From Candidatus Nanopelagicales bacterium (GTDB taxonomy: Bacteria > Actinomycetota > Actinomycetes > S36-B12): 64,000 bases of DNA. The notes under the pieces are model-generated. The model ran no database searches, had not been told where the DNA came from, and was given only the letters and a program-made list of their open reading frames with translations. The stretch lies in NCBI GenBank assembly GCA_018609125.1, contig JABAYF010000002.1, positions 25,540-89,539 on the forward strand, given 5' to 3'. A program made the translations under genes and the position numbers. Positions 20,973-30,683 of the stretch are shown here, piece after piece. The number at the start of each line of letters is the position of its first letter. Positions within the stretch are counted from its first letter, which is position 1.

Positions 20973-22943
20973 ATGACCCACGATGACGACGCCCTGTCTA
21001 ATCTGCTCAGTGAGTCCCGCGAATTTCCCCCGAGTGCCCCCTTTGCGGCTCAGGCCAACGCCACGGCAGACATGTACGCCCAGGCTGATGCGGACCGGCT
21101 GGGATTTTGGTCCGATCAGGCCGAGCGGCTCACCTGGGCACAGCCGTGGTCGCAGGTGTTGGACTGGAGCCAGCGGCCCTTCTCGCGCTGGTTCGTCGAC
21201 GGAAAACTCAACGTTGCATACAACTGCGTGGACCGGCATGTGGAGGACGGTTTCGGCGATCAGGTAGCGATCCACTTCGAAGGTGAGCGCGGGGACACCC
21301 GCAGCATCACGTACGCCGAACTTCACACGATGGTGTCCCAGGCTGCACACGCCCTCACCGAACTTGGCGTGAAAGCCGGTGATCGGGTGGCGATCTACCT
21401 GCCGATGATTCCCGAAGCGGTGGTGGCCATGCTGGCCTGTGCGCGCATCGGCGCACCCCACTCGGTGGTGTTCGCCGGATTCTCCGCTGAAGCCCTGCGG
21501 TCCCGCATTGACGATGCCCAAGCCACCGTGGTGATTACCGCCGATGGCCAGTTCCGGCGCGGCTCCACCATGGCGTTAAAGCCTGCGGTGGACGATGCGG
21601 TGGAAACCGCGGCCAGCGTGAAGCATGTTTTGGTGGTGCGGCGCACCGGTGCAGAAACTGCGATGACCTCGGGCCGTGATGTGTGGTGGCACGACATCGT
21701 GGATCGCCAACCCGTGCAGCACACCCCCGAGGCCTTTGATGCTGAGCAACCGCTGTTCATTCTCTACACCTCCGGTACGACCGGAAAGCCCAAGGGCATC
21801 TTGCACACCAGCGGTGGCTACCTCACCCAGGCTGCCTCCACTCACTCCAGCGTCTTTGATCTGAAACCCGAATCAGATGTGTACTGGTGCACCGCCGATG
21901 TGGGCTGGGTTACCGGGCACACCTACATCGTTTACGGCCCCCTGGCTAATCGAGCAACCCAGGTGATTTATGAAGGCACTCCCGACACACCACATCGTGG
22001 CCGCTGGTGGGAGATCGTGGCCAAATATGGCGTCACCCTGTTCTACACCGCACCCACGGCCATCCGAACGTTCATGAAGTGGGGCGCAGATATTCCGGCC
22101 GGCTATGACCTGTCCAGCCTGCGGCTCCTGGGCAGCGTGGGTGAACCCATCAATCCCGAAGCGTGGATGTGGTACCGCAGCGTTATCGGCGGTGATCACT
22201 GCCCGATCGTGGACACCTGGTGGCAAACCGAAACCGGCGCCATGATGATTGCGCCCCTGCCCGGGGTCACCGCGTGTAAACCCGGCTCAGCGATGGGACC
22301 ACTGCCCGGTATCGGCGCTGCGGTGGTTAACGATGAGGGCCACCCGGTGGGTGCTGGCGGCGGCGGCTACCTGGTGTTGACCGAACCATGGCCGGCCATG
22401 CTGCGCGGAATTTGGGGTGACAACGAACGCTACGTGGACACCTACTGGTCGCGCTGGCCGCAGTACTACTTCGCCGGCGACGGTGCCAAACTTGACGATG
22501 ACGGGGCACTGTGGCTGCTGGGCCGGGTCGACGATGTCATGAACGTTTCCGGGCACCGAATTTCTACCACCGAGGTGGAATCAGCTCTGGTTTCCCACCC
22601 CCGCGTCGCTGAAGCAGCCGTTGTGGGCGCTCATGATGACACCACCGGACAGGGCATCGTGGCCTTCGTCATCCTGCGTGGTGGGGTGAGCACCGATGAC
22701 GACCCAGCTGACCTGGTGAGCCAACTACGCAGTCACGTTGCCCACGAAATTGGTCCGATCGCGAAACCGCGGCAGATCATGGTGGTAGATGAACTACCTA
22801 AAACCCGGTCGGGCAAAATCATGCGGCGGCTGCTGCGCGATGTGGCTGAGCACCGTGCGCTGGGTGATGCCACGACCCTGGCTGACCCTGCGGTGATCAA
22901 CCTCATTGCCCAGGGCATGTCCGGCGCCGATAGTCAGGACTAG
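20973..22943 (+). CDS. acs: acetyl-CoA synthetase
   Basis: AMP-binding motif YTSGTTGKPKG and Acs-specific blocks (WWQTETG, GRVDDVMNVSGHR, PKTRSGKIMRR). AGGAG lies 7 nt before ATG 20973. Confidence 0.95.
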   Translation: MTHDDDALSNLLSESREFPPSAPFAAQANATADMYAQADADRLGFWSDQAERLTWAQPWSQVLDWSQRPFSRWFVDGKLNVAYNCVDRHVEDGFGDQVAIHFEGERGDTRSITYAELHTMVSQAAHALTELGVKAGDRVAIYLPMIPEAVVAMLACARIGAPHSVVFAGFSAEALRSRIDDAQATVVITADGQFRRGSTMALKPAVDDAVETAASVKHVLVVRRTGAETAMTSGRDVWWHDIVDRQPVQHTPEAFDAEQPLFILYTSGTTGKPKGILHTSGGYLTQAASTHSSVFDLKPESDVYWCTADVGWVTGHTYIVYGPLANRATQVIYEGTPDTPHRGRWWEIVAKYGVTLFYTAPTAIRTFMKWGADIPAGYDLSSLRLLGSVGEPINPEAWMWYRSVIGGDHCPIVDTWWQTETGAMMIAPLPGVTACKPGSAMGPLPGIGAAVVNDEGHPVGAGGGGYLVLTEPWPAMLRGIWGDNERYVDTYWSRWPQYYFAGDGAKLDDDGALWLLGRVDDVMNVSGHRISTTEVESALVSHPRVAEAAVVGAHDDTTGQGIVAFVILRGGVSTDDDPADLVSQLRSHVAHEIGPIAKPRQIMVVDELPKTRSGKIMRRLLRDVAEHRALGDATTLADPAVINLIAQGMSGADSQD

Positions 22944-23278
22944 CTTTCCCGCGTATCCCGATCCGCAGGTTCATCAATGACGGTCACCGGTGCCTTGGCC
23001 GTCCCGGATCTATACGCAGCGCGGGCCAGGGCGAAGCCGGACAGCGGCACGGTCACCAGGTGTGCGATGAGCACGAGGGTGAGGACAACCACCGAACGCA
23101 CCGACCAATCGGCGATCATCGCGGCAAAAATGATAAGCAGCAGACCGAGCGCTGCCGCCTTGGAGACCGCACTTGCCCTGGTGAGGGGATCAGGAAGTCG
23201 CAGGATCCCAAGACCGGCCAGCGTGATAAGTCCGGCACCCACAATGATCAAGATGCCCACCGCGACCGTGGCAATCAT
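22940..23278 (-). CDS. mrpG: Na+/H+ antiporter subunit G
   Basis: Small 3-TM protein, last in the overlapping mrp operon, with MnhG-like sequence. Confidence 0.8.
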   Translation of the reverse strand: MIATVAVGILIIVGAGLITLAGLGILRLPDPLTRASAVSKAAALGLLLIIFAAMIADWSVRSVVVLTLVLIAHLVTVPLSGFALARAAYRSGTAKAPVTVIDEPADRDTRES

Positions 23279-23577
23279 GACCGATCCTGCCGTGTGACTT
23301 TGGTTCTCAGCTCTTTGGTGCGCGGCACCAACCGGGACAGACCGATGGTGGTCAAGAATCCGATCAGGACCGCGATGAGCGCGAAGTCGAACAACACCGG
23401 TTCGTCTAGGAGCAGCGCGATCAGCACAATTGCGGCCACGGTGGCGACGAAGCCAAGCTCGGCTGCCACGATGCGATCAGCGAGTGTTGGCCCAATCGCT
23501 GCCCGAATAATGCCCGCGAAAGCTCCGATCACCACCAAGGCCAGGGCGACGCTAATCAGGATCTGTTCTGTGGTCAC
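23275..23577 (-). CDS. mrpF: Na+/H+ antiporter subunit F
   Basis: 100-aa 3-TM protein with 4-nt overlaps to both neighbours, in the MnhF position. Confidence 0.8.
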   Translation of the reverse strand: MTTEQILISVALALVVIGAFAGIIRAAIGPTLADRIVAAELGFVATVAAIVLIALLLDEPVLFDFALIAVLIGFLTTIGLSRLVPRTKELRTKVTRQDRS

Positions 23578-23933
23578 TGGGCACCCACTAAATGGTCGGC
23601 GAAGGATCGACTCACGCGCAGTTGTAGATCGCGCAGGTCATCCTTCAGCGCCTGCGGGTCACCGGCGTACAAACTGTGCACCCAGGCTTCGTCAAGGTCA
23701 TCGGACACGTCGATGGTCAATGTGCCCGGCGTCAGATTGATCAGGCTCACCCACACCGCAAGTTGTGTCGGCGTACGTAGGTAGACCGGAACGATCACGA
23801 TGCCGGGCTTTAATTTTGCCGAGGGCGCGATGATGTCGCGGGCTACCTGAAGCGACGCGGTTGTGATGGCACCTGCCGCCCACAGCACAAGCAGCGGTAA
23901 ACGCCACAGAAGTTGGATCACTTTCATCATCAA
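23574..23933 (-). CDS. mrpE: Na+/H+ antiporter subunit E
   Basis: INLTPGTLTIDV block typical of MnhE, plus operon position. Confidence 0.8.
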   Translation of the reverse strand: MMMKVIQLLWRLPLLVLWAAGAITTASLQVARDIIAPSAKLKPGIVIVPVYLRTPTQLAVWVSLINLTPGTLTIDVSDDLDEAWVHSLYAGDPQALKDDLRDLQLRVSRSFADHLVGAQ

Positions 23934-25519
23934 GACCCGCCCCCCAACACTGCTGTGACATAACCGGCCGTGTCGTTCAAGGACTCACCTGCGGTCTGGG
24001 TGAGATCAAGTAGCCACTCCGGAAAAATTCCGATCCCTAAGCTGAGCAATGCCAGGGCGAGTCCGGGGAAGACCAGAAACGGACGCCACCGAGTCATCGG
24101 TGGTGCCTCGACCGCTGCCGCGATATCGATCGCGGTACCCGTCGCGCCTGCCCTGCCTGCTGTTGTATCGGCCACGACCGTGACGTCGCTGGGGGTGTCC
24201 TCGTCTTCGCGCGCACCCTTGGGCAGGCCCCAGAAAACACCCGTTCCCAGTTTGAGCATCGACATCAATGTTCCAACGCTCACCAGCAAGACCACCACGA
24301 CTACTAGGGCGCTGCCGGCGTCCACAGCGGCGGTCAGCACCCCCAGTTTCGCCCAGAATCCCGAGAACGGCGGCAGACCCACCAACGATGCCGCAGATAG
24401 GAAGAAAGCAAATGCAGCGATGGGGTGGGCCTTGGCTAATCCACCCAATCGACCAACGACGCCGGTTCGCTCTTCGTGTTCCACGCTGCCACCGGTCAAG
24501 AACAACGACGTCATCACGATCATGTGGTGGATGAGGTAGAACACGACAGCAGCCATTCCCACAGCGCCGGCAAGCACCACGCCAACGAGGATGTAGCCCA
24601 TCCCACTGACCATTTGGAATGTCAGTCCCCCGCGGATGGTGCCCTCGCCCAGCGCGCCGAGTACGCCCACGATCATGCTGGCCACGCACACCGCAATAAC
24701 GATGACGGTGATGAGTTGGCCAGGCTCGTAGACGATGGAGATGATGCGCACGATCGCGTACGCGCCGATCTTGGTGAGTAGGCCGGAGAAGAGTGCGGTG
24801 ACCGCCGGTGAGGTGTAGGGGTAGGTCGCCGGTAGCCAACTGTGCGTGGGCACCAGGGCAGCCTTGAGCATCATCGCCATCATGATGACGCCGACGGCAA
24901 TACCAACCACGGGGAAAATTCCTAAGCCGGCCAGCGCCGCCAGGTTTACCGTGCCGGTCACTCCGTAGACCACACCGAGCCCGGCGAGAAACAGGGTTGA
25001 GGCCGTGAGGTTCACGATGAGGTACAGCCGGGCCGATCGCAGCGCTGTCAAAACACCGCTGCGTGACATCAGAACGTATGAGGGCAGTAGCGCCACTTCA
25101 ACCATGACGAACAGGTTGAACAGATCGCCGGTCACGAAAGCTCCGTACACCCCTGCGGTCATGATGGATACCGACGGAATAAACCACCGGTCCATTCCGA
25201 GGCCGGCTGAATAGGCAAAAACCAGACAGGTGAACACCATGACCGACGTGGCGGCGAGCATGAGCGCGCTGAATAGGTCACCGACGAAGGCAATGGATAC
25301 ACCACCGGGCCACCCGGCAATCTGGGCAACGACAACGCTGCCATCTGCGGTCGCCACGATCAGTAAAACCGCGATGACGAACACCACGATGGGAACGAGC
25401 AGGCCGATTAATCGGCTCGCCCAGCGCGCGCCCAAAATAAACGTCGCGACAGCGGCAAAGAGTGGAACGCCGAAAACTGCCGGCAGCACCCACGTCGTCA
25501 GGAACGACACATCAGTCAT
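23930..25519 (-). CDS. mrpD: Na+/H+ antiporter subunit D (NuoM/N-like)
   Basis: Polytopic NuoL/M/N-family sequence. Start set at ATG 25519 (MTDVSFL), giving a short overlap with the mrpC stop. Confidence 0.85.
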   Translation of the reverse strand: MTDVSFLTTWVLPAVFGVPLFAAVATFILGARWASRLIGLLVPIVVFVIAVLLIVATADGSVVVAQIAGWPGGVSIAFVGDLFSALMLAATSVMVFTCLVFAYSAGLGMDRWFIPSVSIMTAGVYGAFVTGDLFNLFVMVEVALLPSYVLMSRSGVLTALRSARLYLIVNLTASTLFLAGLGVVYGVTGTVNLAALAGLGIFPVVGIAVGVIMMAMMLKAALVPTHSWLPATYPYTSPAVTALFSGLLTKIGAYAIVRIISIVYEPGQLITVIVIAVCVASMIVGVLGALGEGTIRGGLTFQMVSGMGYILVGVVLAGAVGMAAVVFYLIHHMIVMTSLFLTGGSVEHEERTGVVGRLGGLAKAHPIAAFAFFLSAASLVGLPPFSGFWAKLGVLTAAVDAGSALVVVVVLLVSVGTLMSMLKLGTGVFWGLPKGAREDEDTPSDVTVVADTTAGRAGATGTAIDIAAAVEAPPMTRWRPFLVFPGLALALLSLGIGIFPEWLLDLTQTAGESLNDTAGYVTAVLGGGS

Positions 25520-25841
25520 GGGCGCCACCCTCCCCGGCATTTCGTGCAGACCTCTTCGCCGTTCGCGCCACCAGGCTGAGCAGATAGACGGTGACGCCGA
25601 ACGTGATTACGATTGCGGTCAGCACGAACGCTTGCGGTAGCGGATCAGCCATCGTCTCCAGCACGACACCACCATCAACCAGGGGCGCCTCACGACGGAA
25701 GGTGCCACCGGCAGCGATGATGATCAGGTTGGCTGCATGGCCGAGCAGGATGAAGCCCAGGATCAGGCGCACCGCTCCACCGCGCACGATCAGGTATGTT
25801 CCGACAGCGGCGAGGACGGCCACGGCGATGGCGAGAGTCAT
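25512..25841 (-). CDS. mrpC: Na+/H+ antiporter subunit C (NuoK-like)
   Basis: NuoK-like 3-TM protein. Start set at ATG 25841, which overlaps the mrpA stop as ATGA. Confidence 0.85.
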   Translation of the reverse strand: MTLAIAVAVLAAVGTYLIVRGGAVRLILGFILLGHAANLIIIAAGGTFRREAPLVDGGVVLETMADPLPQAFVLTAIVITFGVTVYLLSLVARTAKRSARNAGEGGAHD

Positions 25842-28669
25842 GATCGAGCCTCCGTCACATCGACCGCCGATGACCGATCTTGGCCATCCCATTCGAGATC
25901 ATTGCCGTCGTCCGTGTCATTGCCGTCGTCCGTGTCATTGCCAGCGTCGATGTGCATGCCGTCTAGACGCTCCAGGGCGACGCGCACCAGACCAACCACG
26001 ATCAGTAAGACACCCAAATCAAAGATCAACGACGAGGTCAAGGAACCAACGATGGGCACGTCTACTTTCACCGGAGCCAGTACCGCGCCACCGGTGAGTG
26101 GACCGATAAGTGCAGACACCAGCGCGGTTCCTAACCCCGCCGCCAGCATGGCCCCCGAGCTCGGCAACGCAATCCTGATGCCGGCGATCATGGCCACTGC
26201 AACGGCCGAACCCGCGGTAAGTCCAGCGATGAAGCCGCCGCCGGGTTCATCGTGGCCGCGCCAGAACAACACGACCGTGGCAATAAGGAGAAGTGGAATC
26301 ACGATGCGTGCTCCCACGCGCAGTACCGTTTGCTCTCCACGGCCGAGCACTTCGATCACCGCGTCTTTCCTTGCTCGAACTCCCACTGCGGTGGCCGCCA
26401 ATAAACCGAGTGCTGCAGCGAAAAGCACCGTAATTTCACCCAGGGTGTCCAGGCCGCGGAAGTCCACCAGAATGGTATTCACCACGTTTGTGCCACCGGT
26501 GAGTTCTTCGGCTTCGGTGAGGAAGTAGGCGGAAAGTTCGGAGGGCCCGCGACGCCCGGTGAATGCCCACACGGCAAGACCGCTGCTGACTCCGACGACC
26601 ACAGCTGCCACCGCAGCCATGGTCGGGCGTCCCACATCTCGGTGTCGGGGTAGGCGGGCCAGCACCGGGGCTGCGACCACAACGGTGAGGAACTCCACTA
26701 GCAGCAGGGTCAACGCAACATCAGGGGCGCCGAGCAGGAGGAGCCAGACCGAAAGGATGAGGCCCACGAATCCGGCGAGGACCAGCGCGGTAATCGTGGT
26801 TCGAGCTCGGGCCAGGAAGGCAACGGTGGGCACGAGCAGGGCGAGGATCGCGACGTCGACCAATTGCATCGAGTCTGGAATCACCGGCGCCAAACCATCG
26901 GTCGCACCCGGGATGATCGCGAAACCAAGGATCGTGAGAGCAACGATAAGCACACCGACACCGAACAGGTGAACCCCAACCGATGCGCTATGCGCGGAGC
27001 GACCCACCCATGAGCCGGTGCGCACCAGTGCGAACCAGATGCGATCGAAGATGAGCGGGCCACTGGCCACGGGTGGCTCTTCGCCCAGCCAGCGAATAAC
27101 CCAGCGCCGCCTGAAGTGCAGCAGCAGCCCAAGGCTGATGGCAATGGCAGACAAACCCAGGGCGATGCTGACGCCATGCCACAGGCTCAGATCGGAGCCA
27201 ACCATCGTGAAACCAACGTCCACGGTGGTGCGATCGATGATGCTGTTGAGTAAACCGGGTGCGATTCCTAGCACCAAGCCCGCCACGGCCGGCACCACGG
27301 CTGGTGCCAGAAACAGCCACGAAGGTTCATAGAGGTTGCGTTGCTTTAGCGGCCCGAAGAAAGCACCTGCAAAGATCCGCGCGCTGTAGGCGAAGGTCAA
27401 CGATGCGGCAAGCACCGCGATGACGGCGGCTGCGATGCCCGCCCACTGTTGGCCTTGGGCCCAGGAGGATTGCGGGACATCCAGGAAGGAATAGAAGGCT
27501 TCTTCTTTGGCAACGAAGCCGACCAGGGGTGGCACGCCGGCCATCGACATCGCGGCTAATCCGGTGAGGCCGGCCGTGATCGGCATCACTCGCCATAGCC
27601 CGGACAACTCATCCAGATCTCGGCTCCCTGCCTCGCGATCAACGATTCCCACCAGCATGAACAGGGTGGCCTTGAACAGCGCATGGGCAACCACAAGCAG
27701 AGCTGCGGCTGCGAGCGCGGCGGAGGTACCCACGCCCACGAGGGCCACCATCGTGCCAAGCTGACTGACGGTGGAGTAGGCCAGTAGTGCCTTGAGGTCT
27801 CGCTGTCGGAGCGCTTCGAAAGCACCGAACAGCGCGGTAGCCAGACCAAAAACGAGCAGCGTGATGTTCCAGGCGGGGAAGTCCAGGAAGAGCGGAGACA
27901 TCAATAACAGCAGGTAGATCCCTGCCTTGACCAGCGTCGCGGCGTGCAGATAGGCGCTCACCGGTGTGACGGCAACCATTGCTCCGGGCAGCCAGAAGTG
28001 GAAGGGCAACTGCGCGGACTTGGTAAACGCGGCGAGGATGATCAGGGCAGCCACGATGGACAGGTCTGTCACCGACAACCGTTCGGGCGCGAGGGCAAAT
28101 ACGGTGGCGATGTCGGTTGTCTGTGTCTTCACGGCCAGGAGCACCACCGCACCGAACAGGGCCAGTCCACCGAAGCCGGTGACAACGAGTGCCCGTATTG
28201 CCGGCCTCGCCCCCGCGGTGCCGGCACCGGCGACCAGCAGGAAGCTGCTCACGCTGGTGATCTCCCAGAAGACCAGAAGCAAGACCAGGTCTCCGGCCAA
28301 CACGATGCCCAACATGGCCGCGGCGAATAGGGTCAACACCGTGTAGAGGCGGCGCACTTCGTAGTGCGGATCGAGGTATTGGGGCGCATAGCTGAGGACC
28401 AGGGCTCCCACCCCGAGCACGAGCATGGCGAAGAGCAGGGACAGGCCGTTCAATCGCAGCGTGAATTGCACATCGAAGGCGGCGACCCACTGCCAGGACT
28501 GCACCACCGTTTCCCCGCGCATTACTTCGGGGGCTTGGGTGAGCAGGAGCCCGGCGGCCACGAGAAAGATCACGGCAAGGGGATATCCGGTGTACCGCCC
28601 GAGGTAGCGAACGACGAGGGGAACCACGGCGGTGGTCAGGCCGATGAGAGCAAGGGAAGCCACGAGCAT
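25838..28669 (-). CDS. mrpA: Na+/H+ antiporter subunit A (fused MrpA/MrpB)
   Basis: Very large NuoL-like polytopic protein with an MrpB-like C-terminal part. ATG 28669 (MLVASLAL) is preferred over 28750 because of the GGGGTGG SD-like element, but the start is uncertain. Confidence 0.85.
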   Translation of the reverse strand: MLVASLALIGLTTAVVPLVVRYLGRYTGYPLAVIFLVAAGLLLTQAPEVMRGETVVQSWQWVAAFDVQFTLRLNGLSLLFAMLVLGVGALVLSYAPQYLDPHYEVRRLYTVLTLFAAAMLGIVLAGDLVLLLVFWEITSVSSFLLVAGAGTAGARPAIRALVVTGFGGLALFGAVVLLAVKTQTTDIATVFALAPERLSVTDLSIVAALIILAAFTKSAQLPFHFWLPGAMVAVTPVSAYLHAATLVKAGIYLLLLMSPLFLDFPAWNITLLVFGLATALFGAFEALRQRDLKALLAYSTVSQLGTMVALVGVGTSAALAAAALLVVAHALFKATLFMLVGIVDREAGSRDLDELSGLWRVMPITAGLTGLAAMSMAGVPPLVGFVAKEEAFYSFLDVPQSSWAQGQQWAGIAAAVIAVLAASLTFAYSARIFAGAFFGPLKQRNLYEPSWLFLAPAVVPAVAGLVLGIAPGLLNSIIDRTTVDVGFTMVGSDLSLWHGVSIALGLSAIAISLGLLLHFRRRWVIRWLGEEPPVASGPLIFDRIWFALVRTGSWVGRSAHSASVGVHLFGVGVLIVALTILGFAIIPGATDGLAPVIPDSMQLVDVAILALLVPTVAFLARARTTITALVLAGFVGLILSVWLLLLGAPDVALTLLLVEFLTVVVAAPVLARLPRHRDVGRPTMAAVAAVVVGVSSGLAVWAFTGRRGPSELSAYFLTEAEELTGGTNVVNTILVDFRGLDTLGEITVLFAAALGLLAATAVGVRARKDAVIEVLGRGEQTVLRVGARIVIPLLLIATVVLFWRGHDEPGGGFIAGLTAGSAVAVAMIAGIRIALPSSGAMLAAGLGTALVSALIGPLTGGAVLAPVKVDVPIVGSLTSSLIFDLGVLLIVVGLVRVALERLDGMHIDAGNDTDDGNDTDDGNDLEWDGQDRSSAVDVTEARS
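25901..25954 (-). repeat. 18-nt tandem repeat (2 perfect + 1 degenerate) encoding the acidic GNDTDD tail of MrpA
   Basis: attgccgtcgtccgtgtc x2, then attgccagcgtcgatgtg. Translated on the minus strand as DDGNDTDDGNDTDDGND. Confidence 0.9.
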
Positions 28670-28895
28670 GTGCGTGAGCCACCCCTTTCTCGGTGTGAGT
28701 TTTCTTTCGCATTGTTTTTGCGCTTCGGCCCTGACCGTGTCCTCGCCCACATTAGCCTGATCGGTGCTGGCCCACCCCGACCTGCTCCGCGCACAAATGA
28801 TCAGCCCAAACGGTCAAACCACGGGCAACGACCACGCGGGACGCGCTGACCCACTAGCCTCATGGCGTTCGTACGTCTGTTGAAAGGAAGCGCTG

Positions 28896-29321
28896 ATGTC
28901 AGATCTGAGTACCCAAACCTCTCTCAAGACCCTGCTCGCCACGACCGTTGCAGATCTTCAACGACTCATCAAGGCCCAGGTTGACCTCGCCAAGGCAGAA
29001 CTCGCCGGCAGCACACAGGCCGCCGCCAAGACCGGTGTCATTCTCACCGCAGCCATCCTCCTAGCCGGCCTCGCTGGCATCTTTGCCCTGGTCACCATCG
29101 CCTATGTTCTGGTCGCGCTCGGGCTGCCAGTATGGGCCGGTTTCGGCATCGTCACCGTTGTGTTATTCCTCATCGCGGTCGTTCTCGGACTCATCTCACG
29201 CAGTTCGGCCAAGAAGATCAAGGGACCCGAGCGCACGATCGCAGAGATCGCAAAAACAAAGGCGGCTCTGAGCAGTTCTGGCCCTGCAGATCCGTCGTTA
29301 CCGCCAGGTTCATCACATTGA
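28896..29321 (+). CDS. holin-X/DUF1469-like small membrane protein
   Basis: 141 aa, an amphipathic N-terminal helix then two TM helices. It occupies the Rv3669 position, and GAAAGGAAG lies before the ATG. Confidence 0.6.
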   Translation: MSDLSTQTSLKTLLATTVADLQRLIKAQVDLAKAELAGSTQAAAKTGVILTAAILLAGLAGIFALVTIAYVLVALGLPVWAGFGIVTVVLFLIAVVLGLISRSSAKKIKGPERTIAEIAKTKAALSSSGPADPSLPPGSSH

Positions 29322-29334
29322 ACCAGCGCGTCCG

Positions 29335-30261
29335 GTGAGCCAACCAGACCTGCTTGACCCCCAGCAGGTCATCCACGCTCCCGGGCCGTGGACGCATCGA
29401 GATATCTCGGCCAATGGTGCCCGTTTCCATATTGCTGAGGTTGGCACCGGGCCCCTCGTGGTCTTCCTGCACGGATTCCCCATGTTCTGGTGGACCTGGC
29501 GCCACCATCTCCAAGACGTCGCTGACGCTGGTTTTCGCGCGGTAGCCATGGACATGCGCGGCTACGGTGGCAGCGACCACACCCCCCATGGCTATGACCC
29601 CACCACGTTGGCTAACGACGTGGCCGGCGTCATCCGGTCGCTGGGTGAAGAGTCGGCAATTGTCGTAGGGCATGGCTGGGGTGGATTGATTGCCTGGACG
29701 ATGCCCGTACTCACCCCCGATGTTGTCCGGGCGATCGCTGTCGTCTCCATGCCCCACCCCCGCCGACTCCGCCGATCGGTCTTTCGCGATGGGCTGCAAC
29801 GCCAATCAATGTATGCGGTGGGATATCAGTGGCCATTCCTGCCTGAGCGCTCACTGATGGCTGACGACTGCGCTCGGATCGGCGACATGCTGCGCGACTG
29901 GTCGGCTACCACACAGTGGCTTGATAGCGAAACAGAGTTGACCTATCGCTCGGCGTTCGCGCTGTGGCCCACAGCACACTGCGCGGTGGAGTATCACCGC
30001 TGGGCGTTTCGATCTTTTCTGCGCAGCGATGGGCTGCGCTATGCCCAACGCATGAAGTCTCCCATTACGGTGCCGGTGCTTCAGGTGCACGGGTCCTTGG
30101 ATGCGTCGGTGCCACTACGCGCAGCGGCAGGATCTAACCTGTGGGTCAGCGGCGAATACGAATACGCTGCCATTGATGGTGCCGGTCACTTCCCGCATGA
30201 GGAGCAACCGGAACTCTTTCGTGATCGGCTGTTGACGTGGCTGAAATCAATCGACGCCTAA
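29335..30261 (+). CDS. alpha/beta fold hydrolase (EphE-like by position)
   Basis: HGFP oxyanion motif, an elbow reading GHGWG, and a C-terminal GAGHFPHEEQP histidine block. Confidence 0.8.
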   Translation: MSQPDLLDPQQVIHAPGPWTHRDISANGARFHIAEVGTGPLVVFLHGFPMFWWTWRHHLQDVADAGFRAVAMDMRGYGGSDHTPHGYDPTTLANDVAGVIRSLGEESAIVVGHGWGGLIAWTMPVLTPDVVRAIAVVSMPHPRRLRRSVFRDGLQRQSMYAVGYQWPFLPERSLMADDCARIGDMLRDWSATTQWLDSETELTYRSAFALWPTAHCAVEYHRWAFRSFLRSDGLRYAQRMKSPITVPVLQVHGSLDASVPLRAAAGSNLWVSGEYEYAAIDGAGHFPHEEQPELFRDRLLTWLKSIDA

Positions 30262-30668
30262 GCAACACCCGGCCCCGGGACGAACTGGGGCGGCCGCTGC
30301 CGTGGGGCTCAACCGGATTCCCCCAGGTACCCGAGCGAGATCACGTTGCTACCGACCTCGCCATCAACGAAGCGCTGACTTATCTAGCGAAGGGATACCC
30401 GTTTCACGCGCACGAGGTGCTTGAGCAGCGTTGGCGCAGTTGCCCGGAGGCTGAGAGAACCTATTGGCGGGCGATGGCACAAGCCGCTGCTGCGGCTACC
30501 CAGGCTGCCCGCGTGAATATCGTGGGTGCGCAACGGCTATGGACTCGAGCCGCCGACACGATCTGCAGTCCTGACACGGCCGTGCCCGCTGATGTTTCAG
30601 TCCGCCTGCACCACGAACTTATTCACCAACTGTGGTTGGGTGACCCACCGGTGAGTTTGCGCCCCTAG
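30237..30668 (+). CDS. DUF309-like protein
   Basis: The FHAHEVLEQRW...YWRAMAQ pattern recalls DUF309. The GTG start overlaps the end of the hydrolase gene. Confidence 0.55.
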   Translation: MAEINRRLSNTRPRDELGRPLPWGSTGFPQVPERDHVATDLAINEALTYLAKGYPFHAHEVLEQRWRSCPEAERTYWRAMAQAAAAATQAARVNIVGAQRLWTRAADTICSPDTAVPADVSVRLHHELIHQLWLGDPPVSLRP

Positions 30669-30683
30669 TACGTCAGGTAAACG

